In this document: piece by piece, positions 28,243-40,576 of the stretch
Layout of the letters: the number at the start of each line of letters is the position of its first letter
Numbering within the stretch: the stretch's first letter is position 1
Assembly: GCA_965228475.1 (NCBI GenBank)
Contig: OZ245817.1
Coordinates: forward strand, 1,312,001 to 1,376,000
DNA length: 64,000 nt
Source: Myxococcota bacterium
GTDB lineage: Bacteria > Myxococcota_A > UBA9160 > JAFDDA01
Direction: 5' to 3'
Translations under genes and position numbers: made by a program
The notes under the pieces: model-generated
What the model saw: the letters and a program-made list of their open reading frames with translations, nothing else
Database searches by the model: none
What the model was told of the DNA's origin: nothing

Positions 28243-29661
28243 CTAGCGCAGCTCCGCCAGGATGGCGTCCCCGGCGCGCAGGCCGAGCAGGAGCTGTCCT
28301 TCGAGCCCGAGGCCCGCGACCTGCTCGAAGGGCAGGCGATGGACCGGCGGCTTGTTCGAGGCACGGGTCTCGACCTCCCCCGGCCAGCCCTCGCCGGCGG
28401 GCGGGTCGGCCAGCCGGCTCTCGTCGTCCCAGCTCGGGCGCGGGGTCGCCTGGCGCACCAGGCGCTCGCCGCAGAAGGGCATGAGCTCGCGGACGACCGC
28501 TTCGAGGGCGTCGGCCACGGCGTCCCGGGGCTCGCCCTTGGCCACCACCGCCGAAGCCACGACGTCCTCGAGGCCTTCGGCGTCTTCGCTCTCGGGCCTC
28601 GGGTAGCGGGCGATCGTGACGGGGCTCGGGCCCGGCGCCTCCGCCGAAGGGTCGGCCACGACGACGAGGGAGCGGCCCATGCCGTCCGGGACGGCGCTCG
28701 GGTCGCATTCGAAGTGGACCTGCACGCGGCGATGGCGGGCTCCCGGTGCGGCGTCGAGGAAGGCGGGCACCGGCCGGTCCCAGGCCCGGAGCCGCTCCGC
28801 GAGGGCGCAGGGCGCGGTGTTCACGATGAGCGTGCGGCCGGCCCAGAGCTCACCGACGCCGTCGACCGCGATGGCCGGGTCGCTGCCCGCACCCGCGAAG
28901 GAGAAGGGCGCGCCGATCGTGCGGATCTCGCCGTGCCGGGAGCGGATCCGCCGCAGCAGGACCTCCCGGAGGCCGAGCCCGGAGTGGGGGAAGGCCGCAC
29001 CGCCCTGGAGCGTGGCGCCGAGCAGGCGGGCCCGGGCCTCCGGGGTCGGAGCGGCTTCGCCGAGGTTCGAGAGCGCGCGGACCTGGGCGTCGAGCAGACG
29101 GGCGAGGGTGCCCTGCGCCCCGGAGGCTTCGACGGGCAGACCGCGCCCGTGCAGCGAAGGCCGGCCGCTCCCGCGAGAGAGCCCCCGCAGGCCCCCCGCG
29201 CGCACGATCGGCGACGCTTCCATGGCCCCCCACTCGGCCTCGCTCGCGCTGGCCAGCGCACGCGTCAGGTTGCGCGCCTCCTCGGGCTTCGCGAGGCCCC
29301 AGGCGACGAGCTCGTCGACGCAGAGCTGGGGTTCTCCGAGATCCACGCGTGCATCGGGGAGGATCATCTGGAGGGCGATCGCCTGATCCTCGAGGGCGCG
29401 CCGCTCGATCAGCGGGAGGCCGAGCTCGCGCAGGCAGACGTCGAGGGCTCCCCCGCGCGCGCCCGCCAGGTAGAAGGGCTCGCGCACCACCGCGGGCGTC
29501 TCCTCGGCGGCGTTCTCCTGGACGATCAGGATGCGCTCGCCTTCGATCGCGAGGCGCGCGGCGGTGACGAGGCCGGGGAGCGAGCTGCCGAGGATCACCG
29601 CGTCCCAGCGGCGCGCGTGGCGCGGGACGTTCGGCCGCCGGGACTTCCCGGCCGGGCTCAT
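28243..29661 (-). CDS. Uncharacterised protein with Rossmann-like N-terminus (phytoene dehydrogenase-like superfamily)
   Basis: WDAVILGSSLPGLVTAARLA; C-terminal GLGLEGQLLLG; protein-like composition. Confidence 0.65.
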   Translation of the reverse strand: MSPAGKSRRPNVPRHARRWDAVILGSSLPGLVTAARLAIEGERILIVQENAAEETPAVVREPFYLAGARGGALDVCLRELGLPLIERRALEDQAIALQMILPDARVDLGEPQLCVDELVAWGLAKPEEARNLTRALASASEAEWGAMEASPIVRAGGLRGLSRGSGRPSLHGRGLPVEASGAQGTLARLLDAQVRALSNLGEAAPTPEARARLLGATLQGGAAFPHSGLGLREVLLRRIRSRHGEIRTIGAPFSFAGAGSDPAIAVDGVGELWAGRTLIVNTAPCALAERLRAWDRPVPAFLDAAPGARHRRVQVHFECDPSAVPDGMGRSLVVVADPSAEAPGPSPVTIARYPRPESEDAEGLEDVVASAVVAKGEPRDAVADALEAVVRELMPFCGERLVRQATPRPSWDDESRLADPPAGEGWPGEVETRASNKPPVHRLPFEQVAGLGLEGQLLLGLRAGDAILAELR

Positions 29662-29787
29662 GGCCGTGCTCTCCGGGACTTCCCGGCCGGGCTCATGGCC
29701 GTGCTCTCCGGGACTTCCCGGCCGGGCTCATCGGACTTCCTGGGGAACCGGGCCGGCGGGGCTCATTCGAACCCCTGGGGAACCGGG
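29638..29787 (-). repeat. 35-bp tandem repeat forming three ATGA-chained 12-codon mini-ORFs
   Basis: CCGGGACTTCCCGGCCGGGCTCATGGCCGTGCTCT at 29638 and 29673, partial at 29708; CCTGGGGAACCGGG at 29739 and 29774 keeps the same period. Confidence 0.93.
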
Positions 29788-30863
29788 TCGAAGACCAGCG
29801 AGGCGTCCTCCGGCCCCGACTTCTGGACGGTGTGGCCGATGCGGAACACCCGCTCGCCCATGCCGGAGAGGCGCTGGGTCATGTCCTCGGCGATGTCGTT
29901 CGCGACCACGAGCACCATGCCGATGCCGCAGTTGAAGACGCGCAGCATCTCGGCCTCGGAGATCTCGCCGTGGCGCTGGATCAGGCTCATCACCGCGGGC
30001 CGCTGCCAGGAGGTCGGGTCGATCACGGCCTGGACGGTCTGGGGAAGCACGCGGGGCAGGTTCCCGAGGAAGCCGCCCCCGGTGACGTGGACGATCCCGT
30101 GGATCGGGAAGTCGCGCAGCAGGTTCAGGATGGGCTTCACGTAGAGCCGCGTGGGCGCGAGCAGCGAGCCCGCGAGGGTGTTGTTCAGCTCCTCGTTCTC
30201 ACCCTTCCAATCGAGCTTGCCCGCGGCCACGGCGGACTCGGCGACCTGGCGGACGAGGGAGTAGCCGTTGCTGTGGAAGCCGCTCGAGCCGAGGCCGAGG
30301 ATCACGTCGCCGGCGCGGATGCTCGAGCCGTCGATCACCTTGTTGCGCTCGACCACGCCGACGCCGAAGCCGACGAGCTCGAGCTCGCCCGGCGGGTAGA
30401 AGCCCGGCATGGTCGCCGTCTCCCCGCCGAGGAGCGAGCAGCCCGCGCGGCGGCAGCCTTCGGCCACGCTGCGCAGCGCTTCCTTGGCCTGGCCCGTGTC
30501 GAGCTTGCCCATGGCGAGGTAGTCGAGGAAGACCAGCGGCTCGGCGCCCTGGACGACGAGGTCGTTCACCACCATCGCGACGCAGTCGATGCCGACGGTG
30601 TCGAAGCGGCCCATGTCCGCGGCGAGCTTCAGCTTGGTGCCGACGCCGTCGGCGCCGGCCACGAAGACCGGGTCCTTGTAGCGGTCGGGCGCCTTGAACA
30701 GGCCCGCGAACCCCCCGATCCCGGACAGGATCTCCGGCCGCGCGGTGCTGCGCGCGATGTCCTTGATCTCTTCGACGAAGCCTTCGTCGTGATCGAGATC
30801 CACGCCGGCCTGGGCGTAGGCGGGGGCGGTCGGGTTGCTCTTCGGGTCGTCGTCGGCGCTCAC
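29763..30863 (-). CDS. purM: Phosphoribosylformylglycinamidine cyclo-ligase
   Basis: YAQAGVD, GGFAGLF, DGVGTKL, GGETATMPG, SSGFHSNGYSL, HVTGGG, FNCGIGM. Confidence 0.96.
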   Translation of the reverse strand: MSADDDPKSNPTAPAYAQAGVDLDHDEGFVEEIKDIARSTARPEILSGIGGFAGLFKAPDRYKDPVFVAGADGVGTKLKLAADMGRFDTVGIDCVAMVVNDLVVQGAEPLVFLDYLAMGKLDTGQAKEALRSVAEGCRRAGCSLLGGETATMPGFYPPGELELVGFGVGVVERNKVIDGSSIRAGDVILGLGSSGFHSNGYSLVRQVAESAVAAGKLDWKGENEELNNTLAGSLLAPTRLYVKPILNLLRDFPIHGIVHVTGGGFLGNLPRVLPQTVQAVIDPTSWQRPAVMSLIQRHGEISEAEMLRVFNCGIGMVLVVANDIAEDMTQRLSGMGERVFRIGHTVQKSGPEDASLVFDPVPQGFE

Positions 30864-30960
30864 GAGGGTTGGATAGGAGAGGCGCGACCCCGAGTCAATT
30901 CGACCGCCCCGTCGAGCGCTTTCGGGATGGCGGGCCGGGCCACCCCGTGCCCATGCTAGG

Positions 30961-31701
30961 ATGCGCCCCGTGGAGATCGGCGTCGTGATCCCGACGCTCG
31001 ACGAAGCGCAGAACGTCGTCGCGGCGCTGCGCAGCGTCGGGCGCGAGGGGCCTGGGGACGAAGCCTTTGCCCACGCCGGCCCGCCCCTCGCCGTCGAGAT
31101 CGTCGTGGTGGATGGCGGCAGCCGGGACGAGACCTGTGAGCGCGCCCGGAACGAAGGGGCTCGGGTGATCGAGCTGCCGAAGGACGCGGCCAGCGGCCGG
31201 GCCCGCCAGCTCCAGGCCGGCTTCGAAGCCTGCGAGGGAGACGCCGTTCTCTTTCTGCACGCCGATACGCGGCTCGTGCCCGCCTGGCGCGGCGCGGTCG
31301 CGGCGGCGCTCGCCGACCCGGCCGTCGCCGGGGGCGCCTTCCGCTTTGGCTTCGACCGCCGGGAAGCGCCGTCGTGGCCGATGAAGATCGTCGAGTGGGG
31401 AGCGCGCGTGCGGAGCGAACGGTTCGGGATGCCCTACGGCGACCAGGCGATCTTCGTCCGGCGGCCGGTGCTCGAAGCGATCGGCGGCGTCCCGCAGGTG
31501 CCGATGATGGAGGACCTCGATCTCGTGGATGCGATCAAGCGGCAGGGGAGGTGGGTGCAGCTCGAGGAACCGGCGCTGACCTCCGCGCGCCGCTACCGCG
31601 CCCGGGGAACCCTCCGGACCGTCGTCCGCAACGCCCTGGCCATGACCGCGTGGTGGCTCGGCCTCGACCGCGAGCGCGTGGCGCGCTGGTACCGCCGATG
31701 A
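30961..31701 (+). CDS. GT2 glycosyltransferase, TIGR04283-like
   Basis: VVIPTLDE, VVDGGSRD, GRARQLQAG, LFLHADT, PYGDQAIF, MEDLDL, TSARRY. Confidence 0.85.
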   Translation: MRPVEIGVVIPTLDEAQNVVAALRSVGREGPGDEAFAHAGPPLAVEIVVVDGGSRDETCERARNEGARVIELPKDAASGRARQLQAGFEACEGDAVLFLHADTRLVPAWRGAVAAALADPAVAGGAFRFGFDRREAPSWPMKIVEWGARVRSERFGMPYGDQAIFVRRPVLEAIGGVPQVPMMEDLDLVDAIKRQGRWVQLEEPALTSARRYRARGTLRTVVRNALAMTAWWLGLDRERVARWYRR

Positions 31702-31724
31702 GCGCCCAAGGGGATCGCCGATGA
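31698..31724 (+). other. 8-codon bridging mini-ORF (MSAQGDRR*) inside a duplicated CGCCGATGAGCG junction
   Basis: 12-bp repeat at 31693-31704 and 31716-31727; ATGA overlaps at both ends. Confidence 0.55.
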
Positions 31725-33531
31725 GCGGCGCGAGCGACATCGCCAAGGTCCGCGAGGGCCGGAGCTCGGTGCGCGCGGCGATCGCGCGGCTCGGCCACTA
31801 CATCGTCCGCAACAAGGTCTACTACGGCATCTGGGCCGTGCTGACCGTCGGCTATACGGGCGCCTGGCTCGGCGTTCCCATCCTGACGGGCGAGGCCGTC
31901 GAGACCGCCGAACGCGCGCTCGGAGGCGAGGCCACCGTCGAAGACGTCGTGCGCATGGCGGTCTGGGTCGGCGTGGTCGGCGTGATCGGAGGCCTGCTTC
32001 GCTACTTCTCGCGCGTCCTCGTCTTCAACGCGGCGCGCGAGATCGAGTACGAGCTGCGCAACGACCTCTACGCCCACCTCCAGCGCCTGCCGCAGTCCTT
32101 CTACTTCACCCAGCGCACGGGCGACCTCATGAGCCGCTGCGTGAACGACCTGAACTCGGTCCGCCTGCTGCTCGGCCCGGCGCTGCTCTCGACGCTCCAG
32201 ACGCCGATCCTCCTGCTCGGCGCCTTCATCACGATGGTGTTCAAGGACTGGCAGCTCGCGGTGCTCGTCGTCCTGCCGTACCCGCTCTTCATCTTGATCG
32301 CGCGCGGCTTCGGGCGGGGCATGCACCACTGGAGCATCGCCGTCCAGGAGGGCCTGGCCGATCTCTCGAACCAGCTCCAGGAAACGATCTCCGGCATCTC
32401 CGTCGTGAAGGCCTACGCGATGGAAGGCGTCATGCGCGAGCGCTTCGACCGCGCGAACCAGGCGCTCTTCAAGCGCCACCTCGGGCTCGTGCGCATGAAC
32501 GGGCTGATGCCCTCGATCACGGGCCTCCTGCCGAGCCTCGCCATGTTGATGGTGCTGGCGGTCGGTGGCGCGAAGATCCAGGCCGGCCGCATGACCACCG
32601 GCGACTTCTTCACCTTCGCCATCCTGATCTACCAGCTGACCTTCCCGACCTTCATCATGGGCTGGGTCTTCGCGCTCGTGCAGCGCGGCTCGGCGGCCAT
32701 GCAGCGCATCGACGAGATTCTCGCGACGGAGCCCTCCATCGCGGACCGCCCGGACCGCGTCGAGGTCGAGTCCCTGCGCGGCGAGGTCCGCTTCGACGGG
32801 CTCACCTTCGTCTATCCGGGCGGCGAGAAGCACCCCGCCCTCGACGACGTCTCCCTCGAGGTGCCGGCGGGCAGCACGCTCGGCATCGTCGGGCCGGTCG
32901 GCTCCGGCAAGACCACGCTCGCCTCGGTGATCCCGCGCCTGTTCGAGGTGGGCGACGGCCAGGTCTTCATCGACGGCATCGACGTGAACCGGATCCCGCT
33001 CCAGACGCTCCGCAAGAGCATCGCGATGGTGCCCCAGGATTCCTTCCTGTTCTCGATGACCCTCGCCCAGAACGTGGCCTACGGGCTGCCGGAGGTGGAC
33101 GCGGACCGCGTGGCCCGGGCCGTCGAGCGGGCGCAGCTCACGCGCGACGTGGCCGAGCTCCCGCGCGGCCTCTCGACGATGGTCGGCGAGCGCGGCGTCA
33201 TGCTCTCGGGCGGCCAGCGCCAGCGCACGGCCCTCGCCCGGGCGCTCGCCCTCGACCCGAGCATCCTGATCCTCGACGACACGCTCTCGAGCGTCGACGC
33301 CGCGACGGAAGAGGCCATCCAGCGCCAGCTCGAGGAGGTCTTCGGCGGGCGAACGGTGGTGATCATCTCGCACCGGGTCTCGAGCGTGCGCGGCTGCGAC
33401 AACATCATCGTGCTCGAGGACGGCGCCATCACCGAGCAGGGCACGCACAAGGAGCTGCTCTTGCATGGCGGCTTCTACAGCCGCCTGGCCCGGCGCCAGG
33501 CGCTCGAGGAAGAGCTCGAAGAGGGGGTCGC

Positions 33532-33535
<4 letters not shown>
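31721..33535 (+). CDS. ABC exporter, heterodimer subunit A (MdlA-like)
   Basis: TGDLMSR..NDL, GPVGSGKTT, LSGGQRQR, degenerate Walker B LDDTLSSVD. Confidence 0.9.
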
Positions 33536-35394
<1,859 letters not shown>

Positions 35395-35600
35395 ACCGGC
35401 TGCGTGGTTCGAGCCACGGGTCCCGCTCCGGTTCCTGCGGGCGGGCGGCCTCCCGGGTGGGCTCCGCGCTGCACCAGGTTTCCTTGCCTTCGCTAGCGGG
35501 GGGTGGTACCTACGAATGGTCCGTCCTCCCCCCCAGGGTTTCGACACCGCCGCACAGGCTCCGACGCAGCGCTCGCGCTGCGCCGTTTGCGTGAGGTCTC

Positions 35601-38600
35601 GTGCGAATCAAGGCGCTCCAGATCACGGGCTTCAAGTCCTTCGTGGACAAGACCCGCTTCGAGTTCGGCGAAGGCATCACCGGTGTCGTGGGCCCGAACG
35701 GCTGCGGCAAGTCGAACGTCGTCGACGCCCTGCGCTGGGCCATGGGCGAGCAGTCGCCCCGCCACCTGCGCGGCAAGGCCATGGAGGACGTGATCTTCGC
35801 GGGCTCCGAGGGCCGCGCCCCCGTCGGCATGGCGGAAGTCTCGATCATCTTCGACAACGCCGACGGCACGGCGCCGCCCCAGTACGCGAGCTTCAGCGAG
35901 GTCGAGATCTCGCGGCGCCTCTTCCGCTCGGGCGACTCCGACTACCTGATCAACCGCACCCCCGCGCGCCTGCGCGACGTCGTGGATTTCTTCCGCGACA
36001 CGGGCATCGGGACGCGCGGCTACACCATCGTCGAGCAGAACCAGATCACGGCCTTCACCTCGGCCAAGCCCGACGAGCGCCGCGTCCTGATCGAGCAGGC
36101 GGCGGGCATCAGCAAGTACAAGGCGCGGCGGCGCGATGCCGAGCGCAAGATGGACTCGACGGAGCAGAACCTGCTGCGCGTCTCGGACGTGCTCGGGGAG
36201 ATCCGTCGCCAGATCAACTCGATCGAGCGCCAGGCCAAGAAGGCCGCCCGCTACAAGCGGCTCCGCGAGGTCATGCGGAACCTCGAGCTTTCGCTCGCGC
36301 GGGACGATCGCCAGGAGCTGCTCGATGCGGCCGAAGAAACCCGGCGGGCGCTGACGGGCCTGCGCGACGGGGTCACCGCGCTCGAGGCGCGCGTCTCCGA
36401 GGGCGACCTCGCCCTCGAGCAGAAGCGGCTCTCCCTGGCCGAGCGCGAGCGGCTGCTCAACCAGGGCGCCGAGGCGCTCTACGCCGTCCGCACCGAGATC
36501 AAGGAGCTCGAGAACCGCATCGAGTTCGAGACGCGCGAGCGCGAAACCCTCTCGCGCACCGGCGAGCTGCGCCGTCAGGAACTCGGCGAGCTGCGCGAGC
36601 AGGCGGCGGGCCTGAAGGAGACGGAGTCGGAAGGAGCCACCGCCCTCGAGCAGGTCGAGGCGGCCCTCGCGACCGAGGAGGAGGCCAAGACCGCGGCGGA
36701 GCGCGAGGCGGCGGAGGCGCAGGAGGCGCTGCGGGCCCTCGAGGCGGAGCGCGAGCGCAACAACGCGGCGATGGTCGAGCTGCTGACCCGCATCGCGCGC
36801 ACCGAAGACCGCAAGGCCGCCGTCGAAGACCGACGCGCCCAGATCGATCTGCGCATGCGCTCCGCCGACGAACAGCTCTCCGTCCAGCAGGGCGAAGCGT
36901 CCCGGGCCAACGAATCCCAGAGCGAACTCGAAGAGGGCCTGCGCAACCTCCTCTCCGAGCGCGACCGGTTGATGCAGCGCCTGCGCGAGGCGCTCGAGGT
37001 GCAGGAGCGCGCGGGCGCCGCGGCACGGACCGCGACGGAAGCCCTGCAGGAGGCCCGCACGCGCCGGGAAGCGCGGCACGCGCGTCTGCGCTCGCTGCAG
37101 GAGATGATCGAGCGCCAGGAGGACGTCGCCGAGGGCACGCGCCACCTGCTCGAGGCCGGCGAGGACGTGAGCCGGAGCCACGGGCTCCGCGGGCTCGTCC
37201 GCGACGTGCTCGAGGCCGACGCGGACGTCGAGCCGGCCGTCGAAGCCGTGCTCGCGGACCGCGCCGAGGCGTTGATCGCGGCGCGCGCCGACGGCGCACT
37301 CTCGGCGCTCGATGCGATCCGCGAGGCGGGCGCCGGGCGCGGGGTGTTCGTCGTCGAGCCGGCGGCGGAGACCGTCGACACCGGGATCGTTCCCCTCGGG
37401 CGTCCGCTGCTCGAGCACGTGCGCGTCCGCGAGGGTTTCGAGGGCCTGGCGCGCACCCTGATCGGAGGCGTGAACCTCGTCGACGACCTGGCCGAGGTCG
37501 TGCGCGTCTACGGCCAGGGCCGGATCCCGGCGACCTTCGTGACCCGCGCCGGCGACGTCCTCGACCCGAGCGGCGTGCTGCGCGGCGGAAGCGCCCACGC
37601 GGGCAGCGGGCTCCTGGCCCGCGTCCGCGAGACCCGCGAGCTCGAGTCCGAGGTCAAGACCCTCGAGGCCGAGGTCACCCGCGCGGAGCTGGCGGCTACG
37701 GAAGCGGAGGCCGCCTCGGCCAAGGCGAGCGACGAGGTCGAGAACCTGCGCAATCGCCACCACACGGCGGCCCTCGCCGTGGCCAACCACGAGAAGGATC
37801 TCGAGCGGACCCGGGAGCGGGTGAAGGCCATCTCGGAGGTCCAGGCCGGCCGCCTCGAGGAGCGGGCCGCCCTGATCGGCGAGACCGAGAACCTCGACGA
37901 AGAAGGTGTGCGGCTCGGGCAGGGCCTGACCGCGACGACGCAGGAGAAGTCGGAGCTCCAGCGCGCCCTCGACGAGCTGAACCTGAAGGTCGGCTCCGCG
38001 GCCCGGGAGGTGGCGCGGCGCGACCAGGTCGTGACCGAGCGGCGCGTCTCCCACGGCGCCCGCGTCGAGAAGCGCGATCAGCTCGCCGAGCAGCTCACGC
38101 GGACGCGCGCCGCGCTCGCCGAGGCCGAGGGCTGGATCGAGCGGCGGGAGCGTGAGATTCGCGAGGGGCAGACCCGCTCCGAGGAGCTCGTCGGCTCGAC
38201 GGACGCCGCCCGCGGCTCGCTCTCGGGCAAGCTCGAGGAAGAGGAGGCCGCCCGGGCGAGCAACGCCGAGAAGCGCGACGCCTACGAGCAGGAGGCCTCG
38301 ACGCTGCGGGCCCAGGAAGAAGACGTGCGCGCGCTCCGGCGCGAGCTCGAAAGCAACCGCGAGACGCTCCAGAAGGCCGAACTCGGCGCGCGCGAGGCGG
38401 AGCTCAAGCTCCAGCACCTCGAGGAGACGATCCGCGACCGCTGGAACGTCGAGATCGCGACCTGGGAGCCGACGATCGTCGAGCCGGACGCGGCCGACGC
38501 GGCGGCGCCCGGAACGGAGGGCGGTTCCGAGGGGGCACCCGTCGCCGGCGATGCGCCGGCCGGAACCGCGGAGCCCGAGTCCGTCGACGGCGCCGGAAGC

Positions 38601-39314
38601 AGCGAGCCGACCGAGGCCGCGCTCGACGCGCGGGCTCAGCGCGAGATCGCCGACGTGCTCGGCCTCTCCCGCGAGGACCGGCGCGAGCGGCTCACCGAGA
38701 TCCGCCAGAAGCTCGATTCCCTCGGCGAGGTCAACCTCGGTGCCATCGAGGAGCACGAGGAGCTGCGCGAGCGCTTCGAGTTCCTGACCGAACAGAAGGA
38801 CGACCTCGAGCGGACCATGGCGTCCCTCCGCGAGGCGATCTCGAAGATCAACCGCACCAGCCGGAAGCTCTTCCGCGAGACCTTCGACGCGGTGAACGAG
38901 AAGTTCCAGGTGCTCTTCCCGCGCCTGTTCCGCGGCGGCAAGGCGAGCCTCTCGCTCACCGAGGCCGAGGACGTGCTCGACGCCGGGGTCGACATCGTCG
39001 CCATGCCGCCGGGCAAGCGGCTCCAGAACGTGAGCCTGCTCTCGGGCGGCGAGAAGACGATGACCTCCCTGGCGCTCCTGATCGCGCTCTTCCAGGTGCG
39101 GTCCTCGCCCTTCTTCCTGCTCGACGAGGTCGATGCCGCCCTCGACGACGCCAACGTCGGCCGCTTCAACGAGATCGTGAAGGAGATGAGCGAGGATTCG
39201 CAGTTCCTCGTCATCACCCACAACAAGCGTACGATCGAGATCTGCGACCTGCTCTACGGCGTGACCATGGAAGACCGCGGCGTTTCGAGCCTGGTCTCCG
39301 TCGAGATCCACTAG
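35601..39314 (+). CDS. smc: Chromosome segregation protein SMC
   Basis: GFKSF, GPNGCGKSN, hinge between two coiled coils, LGEVNLGA, LLSGGEK, LLDEVDAALD, ITH. Confidence 0.97.
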   Translation: MRIKALQITGFKSFVDKTRFEFGEGITGVVGPNGCGKSNVVDALRWAMGEQSPRHLRGKAMEDVIFAGSEGRAPVGMAEVSIIFDNADGTAPPQYASFSEVEISRRLFRSGDSDYLINRTPARLRDVVDFFRDTGIGTRGYTIVEQNQITAFTSAKPDERRVLIEQAAGISKYKARRRDAERKMDSTEQNLLRVSDVLGEIRRQINSIERQAKKAARYKRLREVMRNLELSLARDDRQELLDAAEETRRALTGLRDGVTALEARVSEGDLALEQKRLSLAERERLLNQGAEALYAVRTEIKELENRIEFETRERETLSRTGELRRQELGELREQAAGLKETESEGATALEQVEAALATEEEAKTAAEREAAEAQEALRALEAERERNNAAMVELLTRIARTEDRKAAVEDRRAQIDLRMRSADEQLSVQQGEASRANESQSELEEGLRNLLSERDRLMQRLREALEVQERAGAAARTATEALQEARTRREARHARLRSLQEMIERQEDVAEGTRHLLEAGEDVSRSHGLRGLVRDVLEADADVEPAVEAVLADRAEALIAARADGALSALDAIREAGAGRGVFVVEPAAETVDTGIVPLGRPLLEHVRVREGFEGLARTLIGGVNLVDDLAEVVRVYGQGRIPATFVTRAGDVLDPSGVLRGGSAHAGSGLLARVRETRELESEVKTLEAEVTRAELAATEAEAASAKASDEVENLRNRHHTAALAVANHEKDLERTRERVKAISEVQAGRLEERAALIGETENLDEEGVRLGQGLTATTQEKSELQRALDELNLKVGSAAREVARRDQVVTERRVSHGARVEKRDQLAEQLTRTRAALAEAEGWIERREREIREGQTRSEELVGSTDAARGSLSGKLEEEEAARASNAEKRDAYEQEASTLRAQEEDVRALRRELESNRETLQKAELGAREAELKLQHLEETIRDRWNVEIATWEPTIVEPDAADAAAPGTEGGSEGAPVAGDAPAGTAEPESVDGAGSSEPTEAALDARAQREIADVLGLSREDRRERLTEIRQKLDSLGEVNLGAIEEHEELRERFEFLTEQKDDLERTMASLREAISKINRTSRKLFRETFDAVNEKFQVLFPRLFRGGKASLSLTEAEDVLDAGVDIVAMPPGKRLQNVSLLSGGEKTMTSLALLIALFQVRSSPFFLLDEVDAALDDANVGRFNEIVKEMSEDSQFLVITHNKRTIEICDLLYGVTMEDRGVSSLVSVEIH

Positions 39315-39382
39315 GGCCCCACCGCGGCGCCCCGAGATTCGGGCTTCGCGCCAAGGGGGTAGGGCGGTATCCTCGGGCGCCC

Positions 39383-40576
39383 ATGGAATTCCTGAGTCAG
39401 CTCGCCTACGAATCGCCGGCGCTCCTGGTCCTCGGATCGGTCGCGCCGTTCGTCCTTGTGATCCTGCTCCATGCGCTGTTCGGATCCGCCCCGGCGGACG
39501 CGCCCGAAGCAGAGCTGGAGGCGCCGCGCGCAGCCGAGGCGGCCGAGGCCGCCCCGCGGGCGAGCGAGGAGCCGCAGCAGCTCCCGCTGCCCGAGGTCGC
39601 CGCGCCCCCGGCCGCCGAAGCGACGCCCGAGCCCGCCCCGGCGCCGGAGCCGCCCAGGCCGCGCGTCCGTCTCGCCGAGCGTCTGCGCCGGACGAGCGAG
39701 GCGCTCGTCGGCCGCATCGAAGGCGTGCTCGGCGGGCGGACCGTCGACAACGAGCTGCTCGACGATCTCGAAGCGCTGCTCTTCAGCGCCGACCTCGGCG
39801 TGAAGACCGCCGAAGGCCTGCTCCAGACCGTGCGCAAGGAAGCGGCCGGAGGAGACGCCAGCGCCGTGCGCGACGTGCTGCGGAGCGCGATGCAGGGCAA
39901 GCTCGCGCGGGTCGAGCCGAGCGGTGAGCCGTTGGCGACCGCCGGTGCGCCCCACGTGGTGCTCGTGCTCGGCGTGAACGGCAGCGGGAAGACCACGACG
40001 ATCGGCAAGCTCGCGGCGCGGTACCAGGCCGACGGCAAGAAGGTGATCCTCGGCGCAGGCGACACGTTCCGCGCCGCCGCCATCGAGCAGCTCCAGGTCT
40101 GGGGCGAGCGGGTCGGCTGCGAGGTGATCGCCTCCAAGGAAGGCGGCGACCCCGCGGCGGTGGCGTTCGACACGCTGAAGGCCGCCAAGGCCCGCAACTG
40201 CGACGTGGCCATCATCGATACCGCCGGGCGGCTCCAGACGAAGGAGCCGCTGATGGAGGAGCTGAAGAAGATCCGCCGGGTGATCGCCCGCGAGGTGGAG
40301 GACGCGCCCCACGACGTTCTGCTCGTGCTCGACGGCAACACCGGCCAGAACGCGATCAGCCAGGCTCGCACCTTCACCGAAGCGACCGGCGTGACGGGGC
40401 TCGCCGTCACCAAGCTCGACGGTACGGCCAAGGGCGGCGTGATCGTCGGGCTGGCGGACGAGTTCGAGCTGCCGGTTCGCTTCATCGGCGTGGGCGAGTC
40501 GATCGACGACCTCCGGGACTTCCGCGCCGGCGAGTTCGTGGACGCGCTCTTCGGGGAAGGGGACTCCCCGGCATGA
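39383..40576 (+). CDS. ftsY: SRP receptor FtsY with N-terminal hydrophobic segment
   Basis: GVNGSGKTTTIGKLA, DTFRAAA, DTAGRL, TKLDGTAKGG; smc-ftsY synteny. Confidence 0.96.
   Translation: MEFLSQLAYESPALLVLGSVAPFVLVILLHALFGSAPADAPEAELEAPRAAEAAEAAPRASEEPQQLPLPEVAAPPAAEATPEPAPAPEPPRPRVRLAERLRRTSEALVGRIEGVLGGRTVDNELLDDLEALLFSADLGVKTAEGLLQTVRKEAAGGDASAVRDVLRSAMQGKLARVEPSGEPLATAGAPHVVLVLGVNGSGKTTTIGKLAARYQADGKKVILGAGDTFRAAAIEQLQVWGERVGCEVIASKEGGDPAAVAFDTLKAAKARNCDVAIIDTAGRLQTKEPLMEELKKIRRVIAREVEDAPHDVLLVLDGNTGQNAISQARTFTEATGVTGLAVTKLDGTAKGGVIVGLADEFELPVRFIGVGESIDDLRDFRAGEFVDALFGEGDSPA

Noticed and set aside
29638..29731. 35-bp repeats as a CRISPR array
   Set aside because: Units are directly tandem with no unique spacers, and there are no cas genes in the window
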